Origin: Spirochaetia bacterium
Lineage (GTDB): Bacteria; Spirochaetota; Spirochaetia; SZUA-6; Bin103
Direction: 5' to 3'
Length of the DNA stretch: 64,000 bases
NCBI GenBank assembly: GCA_965203055.1
Contig: OZ241863.1
Coordinates: 3,872,001 to 3,936,000 of the forward strand
Below the pieces are notes generated by a model. The model searched no databases, was not told where the DNA came from, and worked only from the letters and a program-made list of their open reading frames with translations. This document shows positions 13,948 through 22,436 of this stretch, in pieces (the first letter of the stretch is position 1; each line of letters starts with the position of its first letter). The translations under genes and the position numbers were made by a program.

Positions 13948-15908
13948 ACGGTCGTGGCGCCGGCCCCCTCCAGGATCCGTTCCACCTCCTCCCATGCCGC
14001 CGCGGCGGCCTGCTGCGCGCGGCCGTTGGCCTGCAGCTTGCGCTTCAGGTCGCGGACCCGCGCGCCGTCGGGGTAGACCGCCGGATCGCCGAGCTGATCT
14101 TGCAACCGGCGCTCGGTTTGCTGCAACCGGTCCAGCTCGTCGAGCAGCGCCTGCTGGCGGCGGCGCAACGCCTCCGGCGCGCGCTCCCCGCGCAGGCGCC
14201 CCGCAGCGCGCCGGGCGCCGGACCGCGGCCGCCGCGGCGCCCGCCCGGCCGCCGCATCACGCCCGCCCGGCGGCGGCGTGAGCGCCGGCGGCGTCGGCGC
14301 GGCCGCGCCCGCGCTTCGCTTCCACTGAAAATAGTCCCATCCGCCGTGATAGAAGCGCACCTCGTCGCGGGTCACCTCCAGCACCTTGGTGGCAAGCTGA
14401 GCGATGAAGTACTCGTCGTGCGAGGCGAATACCAGGGTGCCGGCGTAGCGCCGCAGGGCCTGCGTGAGGATGCCGATGGCGCTCAGGTCGAGGTGGCTGG
14501 TAGGCTCGTCGAGCAACAGCAGGTTGGCCGGCTGCAACAGCAACCGGACCAGCGCCACCCGGCTGCGCTCGCCGCCGCTGAGCACCCGCAACGGCTTGAA
14601 CACGTCGTCGCCGCTGAACAGGAACGCGCCGAGCAGGTTGCGCAAGCGCGGCATCATCTCGCCCGGCGCCACCGCTTCCACGTCTTCCAGCACGCAGTGG
14701 CTGCCGGTCAGTTGTTCGGCGCGGTCCTGGGCGTAGTACCCGACCGTGACCCCGGTGCCCAGCACCACCTGGCCGGCGGCGAGCGGCGCGGCTCCGGCCA
14801 GGGCGCGCAGCAGAGTCGACTTGCCGGCGCCGTTGTCGCCCAACAACGCCAGGCGGTCGCCCCGGTCCAGCTCCAGATCCAGATCGCGGATCACCTGCCG
14901 GGAGCCGTAGGAGAGGCTCAGTCCCGCCGCCCCGAGCGCCCGCCGGCCGCCCGGCGGCGCCGGCGGGAAGCTGAAGCTGAGGTGCGACTGCACCGGCGGC
15001 GGTTCCAGCCGCGGCAGGCGCTCGAGCTGCTTGAGGCGGCTCTGCACCAGGCGCGCCTTGGAGGCGTTGGCGCGGAACTTGCGCACGAACGCCTCCATGC
15101 GCGCGATTTCCTCCTGCTGGCGTTCGTAGGCGGCGGCCATCTGCTCCAGCTCCGCGGCGCGCCGCTGCAGGTATTCCGAGAACAGGCCGGGCCAGGTGCG
15201 CAGCCGGCCGCGGTAGATTTCCGCCACCCGGTCGCAGGTGCGGTCCAGCAACGTGCGGTCGTGCGCCACCAGCAGGAACCCGCCGGGCCAGGTGCGCAGG
15301 TAGCCCTCCAGCCACTGGCGCGCTTCCAGGTCGAGATAGTTGGACGGCTCGTCGAGAAGCAGCAGATCGGAGTTCCGCAGCAGCAGCTTGGCCAGGGCGA
15401 TGCGCATCTGCCAGCCGGAGGAGAAGGCGGAGGTCTCCTGGTCGGCGTCGCGCGGCCGGAATCCCAGGCCGCGGCTGACGCGGTCGAGGCGCGCGGCGCG
15501 CTCGGCGGCGCCGTCCGCGCTCACCCGCTCGGTGAGCTGCGCGTAGCGCTCCAGCAGGCGGTCGAGCCGGGCGCCGTCGCCGGCCGCGGCCATCTCCTCC
15601 TCGACCTGCCGCAGCTCGCGCTCGGCGGCCAGCTCGGCGGCGAACGCGAGCGTCAACTCCTCGTGCAGGGTGCGTCCGGAGTGCTCCACTCCGGACTGCG
15701 CCAGGTAGGCGATGCTGACGCCGCGCCGCGCGATGACGCGCCCCCGGTCGGCGCTGCCGTGCCCGGCGATGATGCGCATCAGGGTGGACTTGCCGCTGCC
15801 GTTGGCCCCGCACAGGGCAATGCGGGCTCCCCGGTCGATCGTCAGACTGACGCCGTCCAGCACCACCTGCGCGCCGTACGCCACGGAGAGATCGGTGACT
15901 GTTACCAT
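13944..15908 (-). CDS. ABC-F family ATP-binding protein
   Basis: Two ABC domains (GANGSGKST, GDNGAGKST), FSSGW/LSGGE signatures, linker, no TM, C-terminal coiled coil. Confidence 0.92.
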   Translation of the reverse strand: MVTVTDLSVAYGAQVVLDGVSLTIDRGARIALCGANGSGKSTLMRIIAGHGSADRGRVIARRGVSIAYLAQSGVEHSGRTLHEELTLAFAAELAAERELRQVEEEMAAAGDGARLDRLLERYAQLTERVSADGAAERAARLDRVSRGLGFRPRDADQETSAFSSGWQMRIALAKLLLRNSDLLLLDEPSNYLDLEARQWLEGYLRTWPGGFLLVAHDRTLLDRTCDRVAEIYRGRLRTWPGLFSEYLQRRAAELEQMAAAYERQQEEIARMEAFVRKFRANASKARLVQSRLKQLERLPRLEPPPVQSHLSFSFPPAPPGGRRALGAAGLSLSYGSRQVIRDLDLELDRGDRLALLGDNGAGKSTLLRALAGAAPLAAGQVVLGTGVTVGYYAQDRAEQLTGSHCVLEDVEAVAPGEMMPRLRNLLGAFLFSGDDVFKPLRVLSGGERSRVALVRLLLQPANLLLLDEPTSHLDLSAIGILTQALRRYAGTLVFASHDEYFIAQLATKVLEVTRDEVRFYHGGWDYFQWKRSAGAAAPTPPALTPPPGGRDAAAGRAPRRPRSGARRAAGRLRGERAPEALRRRQQALLDELDRLQQTERRLQDQLGDPAVYPDGARVRDLKRKLQANGRAQQAAAAAWEEVERILEGAGATTV

Positions 15909-15923
15909 GTGCGTTGCGCCGCA

Positions 15924-15932
15924 AGTGTAGCA
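15924..15932 (-). promoter_or_regulatory. Extended -10 (TGcTACACT) for the ABC-F operon
   Basis: TGn-TACACT 15 nt before the ATG. Confidence 0.45.
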
Positions 15933-15970
15933 TCAGTCGGGCGCGCATTTCGTCAGGCCGCTTGGCGGCC

Positions 15971-16026
15971 CGTCCCTGTCCCCGGTCCCCGGCCAATCCC
16001 CAGTCCTCCAATCCCCAGTCCCAGTG
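15971..16026 (-). repeat. Degenerate G-rich short tandem repeats (GGGACT/GGGGATT-like) 3' of the HNH gene
   Basis: minus strand gggactggggattggaggactggggattggccggggaccggggacagggacggg; shorter version in copy 2. Confidence 0.7.
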
Positions 16027-16064
16027 TAGGAAATGAGATCGCCGCGAGACGTTGAATCACCGGT

Positions 16065-17390
16065 CTACCGGCGCTGGCCATCCTCGTCGGGGCGCCCGAA
16101 TCCGGCGCCGGCGTGGCGATAGCGGTGATGCGCGGCGCACAGCAGCCGGAGATTGTTCGGCTCGGCGCCGCCGCCGCAGGCATACGGCACGACGTGATCG
16201 ATCTGCAGCAGGTGTTGCGAGCCGCAACGGCGCCCGCTGGCGCGGTCCACGTAGCGGCAGCGGCCCCGGTCGCGCCGCCACACCTCGCGCTTGACCGCCG
16301 GGATGGCGCGGCCGGTCACGCCCTTCTTCGCTGCCGAAGTCCGGGTCCGCGGCGGCGCAGCCGGCTGCGCGCACGCCGCAGCCTGCCGGCCGAGACGCCG
16401 CGTCTTCGCCGCCGAAGTGGTGTCGCCCGCCGGCTTCGCTGCCGAAGTGACCGGGCGGTCAGCGGCTTCGTCTCCCGGCTGCGCCGGCGTCTGAGCCGAT
16501 ACCTTCGCCGCCGAAGGAGCGGCGCGGTCCGCGCCGGCCTCCTGCTTCGCTGCCGAGGCCGCCTGCGTCTTCGGCGCCGAAGTTTGCTCGGCGCCTTTGG
16601 CCGGCGCGGTGCGCCGCCCGCGCGGCGGCCGGGCCGGGTCGTGGCGGTCGAGCCCTTCCCGCACCAGCCGCCCCATGAGCTGCCCCATCGTCAGGTGCGG
16701 GTCTACGTGGGACAGGAGGCCCTGGAGCCGCTCCAAGCCGCGCCGGCACTCATCGTCGATCACCGCCTTGATCTCCCAGCGCCCGCCGCCCAGGGGCCGC
16801 ACCCGAGCCGCCGGCGCCGCCAGCTCGGGGTCCACCTCGGCCAGCAACTGCATCACCTCCCGGCTGCTCTTGCCGGACGCCTGCTCCACCAGCTCCCGCC
16901 GCGCCTCCGAGTCCAGCACCGGCACCGGCGCCGGCTTCCGCTCCGCCGGCCGCGGCGGCCCCGAGCCGTTCTGCGACTGAGCGGCAGCCCCGAACCCGGC
17001 CCCGCCCGGCGTGCTACGCGCCGCCCGCTCCTTCCTGCGCTCCTGCCGGTCGAAGGCATGCTGCAACTGCGCCGCCGCGTTCAGCGTCATCATGCCATTC
17101 TGCAGGCGCTCGCGCACGCCGTCGACCTCCGCGCAGAGCCGCATCGCCTTGATGCGCCGCCACGCTGCGGCGTCGCTGTAGCCCAGTTCGCGCACCGCGT
17201 AATCGAACAGGCTCGAGAACCCGCGGCGCAGATACAGGCGGCGCCTATGAATCTCGCGCAGGTGGTCGATCACGACCACTTCGAGATGGTGTTCGATGCC
17301 GGAAAGTTCCTTGGTCCGCTCCAGCAGGAGGTCGTCTGAGAGGGCGGAAACGGTAGTGGTGATGGCCCCGTCGGAACCCTGATTGTTCAT
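16065..17390 (-). CDS. HNH endonuclease with DUF222-like helical N-terminus (copy 1)
   Basis: C-terminal CRY..C..LQIDHVVP..GG..NNLRLLCAAHH; N-terminal LYLRRGFSSLFDYAVRELGYS; Ala/Pro linker with SAAK repeats. Confidence 0.88.
   Translation of the reverse strand: MNNQGSDGAITTTVSALSDDLLLERTKELSGIEHHLEVVVIDHLREIHRRRLYLRRGFSSLFDYAVRELGYSDAAAWRRIKAMRLCAEVDGVRERLQNGMMTLNAAAQLQHAFDRQERRKERAARSTPGGAGFGAAAQSQNGSGPPRPAERKPAPVPVLDSEARRELVEQASGKSSREVMQLLAEVDPELAAPAARVRPLGGGRWEIKAVIDDECRRGLERLQGLLSHVDPHLTMGQLMGRLVREGLDRHDPARPPRGRRTAPAKGAEQTSAPKTQAASAAKQEAGADRAAPSAAKVSAQTPAQPGDEAADRPVTSAAKPAGDTTSAAKTRRLGRQAAACAQPAAPPRTRTSAAKKGVTGRAIPAVKREVWRRDRGRCRYVDRASGRRCGSQHLLQIDHVVPYACGGGAEPNNLRLLCAAHHRYRHAGAGFGRPDEDGQRR
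16326..16582. repeat. Six dispersed 14-bp palindromes CTTCG-N4-CGAAG inside the HNH linker
   Basis: at 16326, 16404, 16434, 16503, 16545 (degenerate), 16569; each encodes (T)SA(A/P)K. Confidence 0.85.
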
Positions 17391-17396
17391 GACATA

Positions 17397-17425
17397 AATA
17401 TAACCATGGAAACTATTTGAGTCAA
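17397..17425 (-). promoter_or_regulatory. Sigma70 promoter giving a leaderless HNH mRNA
   Basis: TTGACT-N17-TATATT-N6-ATG; same spacing in copy 2; -35 lies in palindrome TTGAGTCAA. Confidence 0.8.
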
Positions 17426-17444
17426 GGTATTCGGCCCGTAAGAT

Positions 17445-17584
17445 GCCACCTGCGGGCGTGACTAGGCGGCGCATTTCCAAGCGGCTGGACATTCCGTCAG
17501 ATGCTGCTGCCGAGAACGTCGCCGGCGTCGACAGGGGGTACCGAGGGGCCGGCTGCGACGCCGGCGCGGGCTGGAAGTGCGCCC
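17445..17584 (+). ncRNA. Candidate structured RNA (or ssDNA end structure) divergent from the HNH gene, copy 1
   Basis: stems 17468-17479/17572-17583 and 17521-17530/17556-17565; conserved in copy 2 with G.U-compatible changes. Confidence 0.45.
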
Positions 17585-17586
17585 CA

Positions 17587-19341
17587 TCAGTCGGCAGCGG
17601 AGAAGTACATCACCACCGGGGTCGGGCTGACTTCGGTGACCAGCAGGGTAACCGGGTCCGGCTGGGCCGGGGTCAGGCGGATGCCGTTGGCGTCATACTC
17701 GGCCAGCACGGTGAGCTCCGCCGCCGGTTCGAACGCCGGCGCCGGACGCGCCGCGGCGGCCGCCGGCTCAGCCCGACCTGCCGCTTCGCCGGAGTCAGCG
17801 CCGACGCCTGGGCCACTGGCGAGCGGAGCGGCCGCGGGCGGCGGGTCGGCAGCCTCAGGCGGCGAGTCGGCGGCGCCGGGCGGGGCGGCTTCCGCAGGCG
17901 ACGGATCGGCAGGCGCGCCGGAGTCCGCGGCCCCCGGACCATCGGCGGGCGGAGCTTCCGCGGGCGGTGGGTCGGCAGCCTCAGGCGGCGAGTCGGCGGC
18001 GCCGGGCGGGGCGGCTTCCGCAGGCGGCGGATCGGCAGCGGCAGGCGGCGCGCCGGAGTCAGCGCCGGCGCCGGGGCCATTGGCGGGCGGAGCCGCGGGC
18101 GGCGGGCCGGCAGCTTCGGGCGGCGGGCCGGCGGCGCCGGGCGGGGCGAACAGAAAGGTGATCACCGCATCGTAGCGGCCGGCCAGTTCCTCGCCCGGCG
18201 CGTAGCGAAAGTCGATCCATCCGCTGCCCGGCAGCCCCGCCGGCACCAATCCGGGAACCAGCGCCTGGAAGCCACGCCAGCGGTAGCCGCGTTCCGGGTC
18301 CAGCTCGATGGTGCCGTAGCCGGTGCTGCGCCACACCGCGCCGCGCGCCAGCAGCCTGGCGTAGCGTTGGTCGCGGCGCGCCAGTTCCGCGGCGATCAGC
18401 TCGGTCACGTCGCTGCTCAGGGCGGTGAAGATCCGCGTGACCGTGCGCGCGCCTTCGGCGTAGGTAACGGCCAGCCGGGTGGCGCTCTGCAAGGTGAGCC
18501 GCAACCGACTGACCGTGTCCTCCAGCAGCAGCACGTAGCGCCCGTCGCCGACCCGCTCGATGCTCTCGTAGGCGAACTCGCGCGTTCCCGCCGCCGTGAC
18601 CAGCCGGAACACCTGCGCCGCGGGGTCGGGAAACAGGCCGTACTCGGCCCGAAACCGGTTCAGGTCATAGCGCCCGGTAACCACCATCGCGCGGAACTCG
18701 TCGGGCCGCCACACGGTCGCCAGCAGATGCTCCAGGGTAGCGTCCTCGGCCAGCAGGCGGGCCGCCTCGGCATGCGGATCGCCGCGCGACTCGAACACCG
18801 GCAGAAACTCGCCAAAGGTATAGCCGGTGGTGCCATCCGCGGCGAGCACCTCATACCAGTAGTTCTCGTACACGCCGACCTGCTCCGGCTGCGCGGAGCG
18901 CTCCAGCACCTTGGCCACCTCGCCGGCGCGCAGCTTGTAGACGATGTCGGCGGTGGCGGAGGCCGCGCTGCGCACCGGCAGGCCGTTGCGCGCGGCGTAA
19001 CCGTAGCTGGCGGCGAACGGAGCGTAGCGCGCGGCGAATGCGGCCGCCTGCTCCGGTTCCGGGAACACGCGCACCCGCCAGCGCGCCACCGGCACCGGTT
19101 CCGCGCCGCGCTCCGCGGCGCCGGGCCGGACCATATAGCGATTCTCGATGGAGGACTCTTCCAGCACCAGGATGACGGCGCCCGCGGGCAGCGCGCCGCC
19201 ATCGCTCCACAGCACGACGCCGTGGCCCAGCGGCGCCGGCCCGCAGGACGCCGCCAGCAACGCCAGGAGCGCGCCGCCGGCGGCTGCGGCGGCGCTCCTC
19301 CCGCCAAGCCAGGCCGCCGCGCCGAAGTGCGGCCCCATCAC
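17587..19341 (-). CDS. SH3-domain lipoprotein with Pro/Ala-rich repeat insert
   Basis: lipobox LAASC, SH3b-like VYKLRAGEVAKVL..YWYEVLAADGTTGYTFG. Confidence 0.7.
   Translation of the reverse strand: MMGPHFGAAAWLGGRSAAAAAGGALLALLAASCGPAPLGHGVVLWSDGGALPAGAVILVLEESSIENRYMVRPGAAERGAEPVPVARWRVRVFPEPEQAAAFAARYAPFAASYGYAARNGLPVRSAASATADIVYKLRAGEVAKVLERSAQPEQVGVYENYWYEVLAADGTTGYTFGEFLPVFESRGDPHAEAARLLAEDATLEHLLATVWRPDEFRAMVVTGRYDLNRFRAEYGLFPDPAAQVFRLVTAAGTREFAYESIERVGDGRYVLLLEDTVSRLRLTLQSATRLAVTYAEGARTVTRIFTALSSDVTELIAAELARRDQRYARLLARGAVWRSTGYGTIELDPERGYRWRGFQALVPGLVPAGLPGSGWIDFRYAPGEELAGRYDAVITFLFAPPGAAGPPPEAAGPPPAAPPANGPGAGADSGAPPAAADPPPAEAAPPGAADSPPEAADPPPAEAPPADGPGAADSGAPADPSPAEAAPPGAADSPPEAADPPPAAAPLASGPGVGADSGEAAGRAEPAAAAARPAPAFEPAAELTVLAEYDANGIRLTPAQPDPVTLLVTEVSPTPVVMYFSAAD
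17833..18110. repeat. 126-bp (42-aa) tandem repeat encoding a Pro/Ala/acidic linker
   Basis: agcctcaggcggcgagtcggcggcgccgggcgggg at 17851 and 17977. Confidence 0.85.
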
Positions 19342-20654
19342 GCGCGCGCGGCGGCGCCGGGAGGCTCACCGCGGCGCGGCACCTGCAGGACCTGCCCGGG
19401 ATGCAGCACGCTGGTCGGGCGCAGTCCATTGGCGGAAGCGAGCGCCTCGACGGTGGTGCCGTGCGACCGCGCGATTCTCCACAGCGAGTCGCCGCGCGCA
19501 ACGCGGTAGTCGGCTTCGAACGGGCGGCTGTCGCGCGGCGCCGGCGCCGGAAACCGCACCGCGCCGGGATCGACGCCGCGCACCAGCGGAATGCGGAGCC
19601 CGGCGCCGACCCGCATGCGGCGTGGATGCACCCCGGCGTTGTAGTGGCGAATGAGGGCCACGCTCACGTTGAACGCCTCGGCCAGCTCGGACATGGTATC
19701 GCCGCTGCGGATGATGTGCCGGTGCAACCGCACCAGCTCGCCGGCGGGGTCCTCCAGCACCGCGAGCAGGCGGAGGTAGGCGTCCGCCGGCACCTTCAGC
19801 AGGTACGACTTGCTGCCGCGGACCGTGGGAGTCAGACCGTACATCAGTTCCGCGTTGGCCTGCTCCAGGAGATCGCCGGAGATGCCGCTGAGCTTGCCGA
19901 GCTGGCGCAGCTCCACCCCCGGCGGCACCGTGATCCGCTGCCAGCGCTGGAGCTGATCCAGCGCCGGCGTGTCGCCGGCAGGGTAGGTGCGCATCGCCAG
20001 CACCAAGCCGAAGAAGCGGGGCACGAAGTCGCTGGTCTCGCGCGGCAGCACTCCGCGGCGACGCAGCTCCCAGAAGTCGCGCGTGCCCGCCCGCTGCACG
20101 TCACGGCGCACGCGGCCCAACCCGGCGTTGTACGCCGCCAACGCCAGCTCCCAACTGCCCAGCTCGCGGTAGTTGACCTCCAGGATGCGCAACGCCACCT
20201 CGGTTGCCTTCCAGAAGTCGCGCCGCTCGTCGATCAGCTCATCCACCACCAGGCCGTGCAGCCGGGCGGTGCCGGTCATGAGCTGCCACAGGCCGACCGC
20301 CCCCGCCGGCGACCTGGCCACGCCTACGTAGGACGATTCGATCGCCGGCAGGAACACCAGCTCCGCCGGCAGCCCCCGCTCCTCCAGCTGCTCCAGCACG
20401 TGATCTGCGTAGAGGGCGGCCCGCCCCAGGATGCGCTGCATCCACGGCCGCCACCCGGCGCTGGAGTAGACGGCGGCATAGTGCCGCACGCGCTGCTGGT
20501 CGGGGACTTCGAGGGACACCGGTACCAGGTCCAGCAGGTGCTGGGCGGCGCCCGGCAGCGCCCCGCCGACCAGCAACGCCGCCACCGCGGCGGCGCACGC
20601 CCGGCCGGCGCCCCGCCGGCGCGGCCCACGGCAATATGAGGTATGCGCAGTCAT
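19338..20654 (-). CDS. MltD-like lytic transglycosylase with two LysM domains
   Basis: LPAIESSY, AVGLWQLM, LAAYNAG, ETSDFVP; LysM YRVARGDSLWRIA. Confidence 0.9.
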   Translation of the reverse strand: MTAHTSYCRGPRRRGAGRACAAAVAALLVGGALPGAAQHLLDLVPVSLEVPDQQRVRHYAAVYSSAGWRPWMQRILGRAALYADHVLEQLEERGLPAELVFLPAIESSYVGVARSPAGAVGLWQLMTGTARLHGLVVDELIDERRDFWKATEVALRILEVNYRELGSWELALAAYNAGLGRVRRDVQRAGTRDFWELRRRGVLPRETSDFVPRFFGLVLAMRTYPAGDTPALDQLQRWQRITVPPGVELRQLGKLSGISGDLLEQANAELMYGLTPTVRGSKSYLLKVPADAYLRLLAVLEDPAGELVRLHRHIIRSGDTMSELAEAFNVSVALIRHYNAGVHPRRMRVGAGLRIPLVRGVDPGAVRFPAPAPRDSRPFEADYRVARGDSLWRIARSHGTTVEALASANGLRPTSVLHPGQVLQVPRRGEPPGAAARA

Positions 20655-21697
20655 AATTTCTCGCCCAAGAATATGCCGGCCCACTCCCAGCGGCCATCTA
20701 TTTCGGGATCGGCCTTGAAATCGATACGCCGAAAGTAGAGGTACCAGGTCCGGACCCGGTGCGACCAACCGGTGGTGCGGAGAAACGCCTCGTTGGCGTT
20801 GGAGTCCGGGTCCAACTCGGCGTCGAACCGAACCCGCGCCAGGGCGAACGCGGCCAGATCGAAGACCTGCGCCGCGCTCTCGTCGGCCACCTGCTGCTCC
20901 CACGACATAGTGAAGAAGCCGGACTTGGAGCGCAACCGGTTCAGCGCGCGCAGGTCGCGGGCGCCGATGGCGCGCTTGATCTCCCCTACCAGGGAGTCGA
21001 GGTCCTCCATCACCCAACTCTTGTCGGAGAAGTGGAAGTTGACCTTGTCGAGGATCTCGCGGTGCACGTTGGGGAACCCGGGGATGGCCGTCGCGTGCTG
21101 CAGGTATACCCGGTAGGCGCCCACCGCCTGCTCCCACTCGCCGAGCGCCTCGTAGGCGCGGGCCAGGTAGAAGTGGCTGCGCCCCGGATCGATGGCGCCG
21201 CGAAACCGGTCGATCAGCTCCTCGTACAGCTCCGCCAGCCGGCGCGGATCGCGTTCCAGGGCGATCAACTCGCTGAGGGACGCCAAGTGGATCGAGCGCC
21301 CCGCGACGAGCGCGTCGGGATAGTCGAGCGCGCGCTCGTAGTAGTGAACCGCCTGCGGCGCCGCCTCCAGCTCCCGATACCCCTCCGCCGCCGCCATCAG
21401 GTAGACGGCGTTGTAGACATCCGCCGGGTGCTGCTCCACGTAGGTGGTAAGGAACAGCAGCGCGCGCCGCGGCGCGCCGGCGGCGCGCAGCACCTTGGAG
21501 ATCTCCTGCACGATCACGAACCGCTGTTCCGCGCCGCCGGTCTCCCTGTCCAGCAACGCCAGCAGCTCGACGAGCTGGCGGTCGTACTCGCGATTCCCGA
21601 CCCGATACTCGGGATGGTCGGCGCTGCAGCCGAACAGCAGCGCGGCGACCGCCAGCAGCCCGCCCGCCGCGGCGCCCGGCCGCCGCCCCTGCCTCAT
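20651..21697 (-). CDS. Tetratricopeptide-repeat lipoprotein
   Basis: LLFGC lipobox; TPR-like helices (HFYLARAYEALGEWEQAVGAY); coupled to the MltD-like gene. Confidence 0.75.
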   Translation of the reverse strand: MRQGRRPGAAAGGLLAVAALLFGCSADHPEYRVGNREYDRQLVELLALLDRETGGAEQRFVIVQEISKVLRAAGAPRRALLFLTTYVEQHPADVYNAVYLMAAAEGYRELEAAPQAVHYYERALDYPDALVAGRSIHLASLSELIALERDPRRLAELYEELIDRFRGAIDPGRSHFYLARAYEALGEWEQAVGAYRVYLQHATAIPGFPNVHREILDKVNFHFSDKSWVMEDLDSLVGEIKRAIGARDLRALNRLRSKSGFFTMSWEQQVADESAAQVFDLAAFALARVRFDAELDPDSNANEAFLRTTGWSHRVRTWYLYFRRIDFKADPEIDGRWEWAGIFLGEKL

Positions 21698-21745
21698 GCC
21701 GCGGCGCGCGGCGCGGCCCGGCGCGCCGGGAGCCCCGGGCGCGCG

Positions 21746-22345
21746 CTAGAACGCAATCGCCAGATCGAGACCGAAACCGAGCTGGAACCCGCTTACGACC
21801 GGACGTATGCCGTTCTCCAGCACGCTCCCTTGAGCGTCGTCGTCAAGCGGTTCGAGGTCGGCGAACGGCATGCGGTACACCATGCTGCCGCGCGGCGTCA
21901 CCGCGACCGGCCCCCACACGAACTGGTAGCCGATCTGGGTGACGACCGCGAGCCGGAACCCGGGCGCCTCGGTCTTGTCGTGGTCTTGGAGGAACAGGTA
22001 GCCGGGAGCCAGTCCCAGGCCGGCGAAGAATCCCCGGGGAGCGTCGTTCTGCGGGTAATAGTTGGCGCCAAGGTCGGCGTAGAGTTCCCAGTAGGTCCAC
22101 GTGTCCGGCACCAGCGCGCGCTCGTCCCGCCATATCAGGCTCCAGGCGGGGGAGTAGAACACGGGGCGCACGAAGATGCCCAGATCGTTCCGCACCAACT
22201 GCTGGAACGACGCGCTGTAGACCCCGAACAGCGGGGCGGCGGCGTCGACGCCGATCAAGGTGTCGCGCTCGTGGGTCTCGGCGAAGGCCGGGCCGGCCCC
22301 CAGCAGCGCCACCGCCAGAGCGCTGCGTAGAATTAGTCGTCGCAT
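21746..22345 (-). CDS. Probable small outer-membrane beta-barrel protein
   Basis: signal peptide AFA-E, amphipathic strands, C-terminal GLDLAIAF beta-signal. Confidence 0.65.
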   Translation of the reverse strand: MRRLILRSALAVALLGAGPAFAETHERDTLIGVDAAAPLFGVYSASFQQLVRNDLGIFVRPVFYSPAWSLIWRDERALVPDTWTYWELYADLGANYYPQNDAPRGFFAGLGLAPGYLFLQDHDKTEAPGFRLAVVTQIGYQFVWGPVAVTPRGSMVYRMPFADLEPLDDDAQGSVLENGIRPVVSGFQLGFGLDLAIAF

Positions 22346-22436
22346 GGGCCGAATCTTCGCCAGCGGGTATCGCCTCGTCAAGCCGAGCGGGTGGCCGCCG
22401 TGGCCGCCGGCCACGGCCGGCCGCGGCCCGGGCGGT

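Larger units (their letters stand above)
15941..17584 (-). mobile_element. HNH-nuclease element copy 1, bracketed by a 10-bp direct repeat
   Basis: CATCAGTCGG at 15931-15940 and 17585-17594; ends GCGCGCATTTC / revcomp GGGCGCACTTC (9/11); second related copy at ~40.2-42.0 kb. Confidence 0.7.

Noticed and set aside
16326..16582. CRISPR array interpretation of the palindromes
   Set aside because: Repeats only 14 bp, spacers irregular, inside an intact CDS, no cas genes in window.
15941..17584. IscB/TnpB or retroelement identity for the HNH element
   Set aside because: No RuvC or PLMP motifs and no reverse transcriptase seen; used only as analogy.
17443..17584. Conserved short plus-strand ORF start MPPAGVTRRRISKRLD
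   Set aside because: Frames diverge between copies after ~30 codons and no SD; conservation fits base-pairing better, though not excluded.
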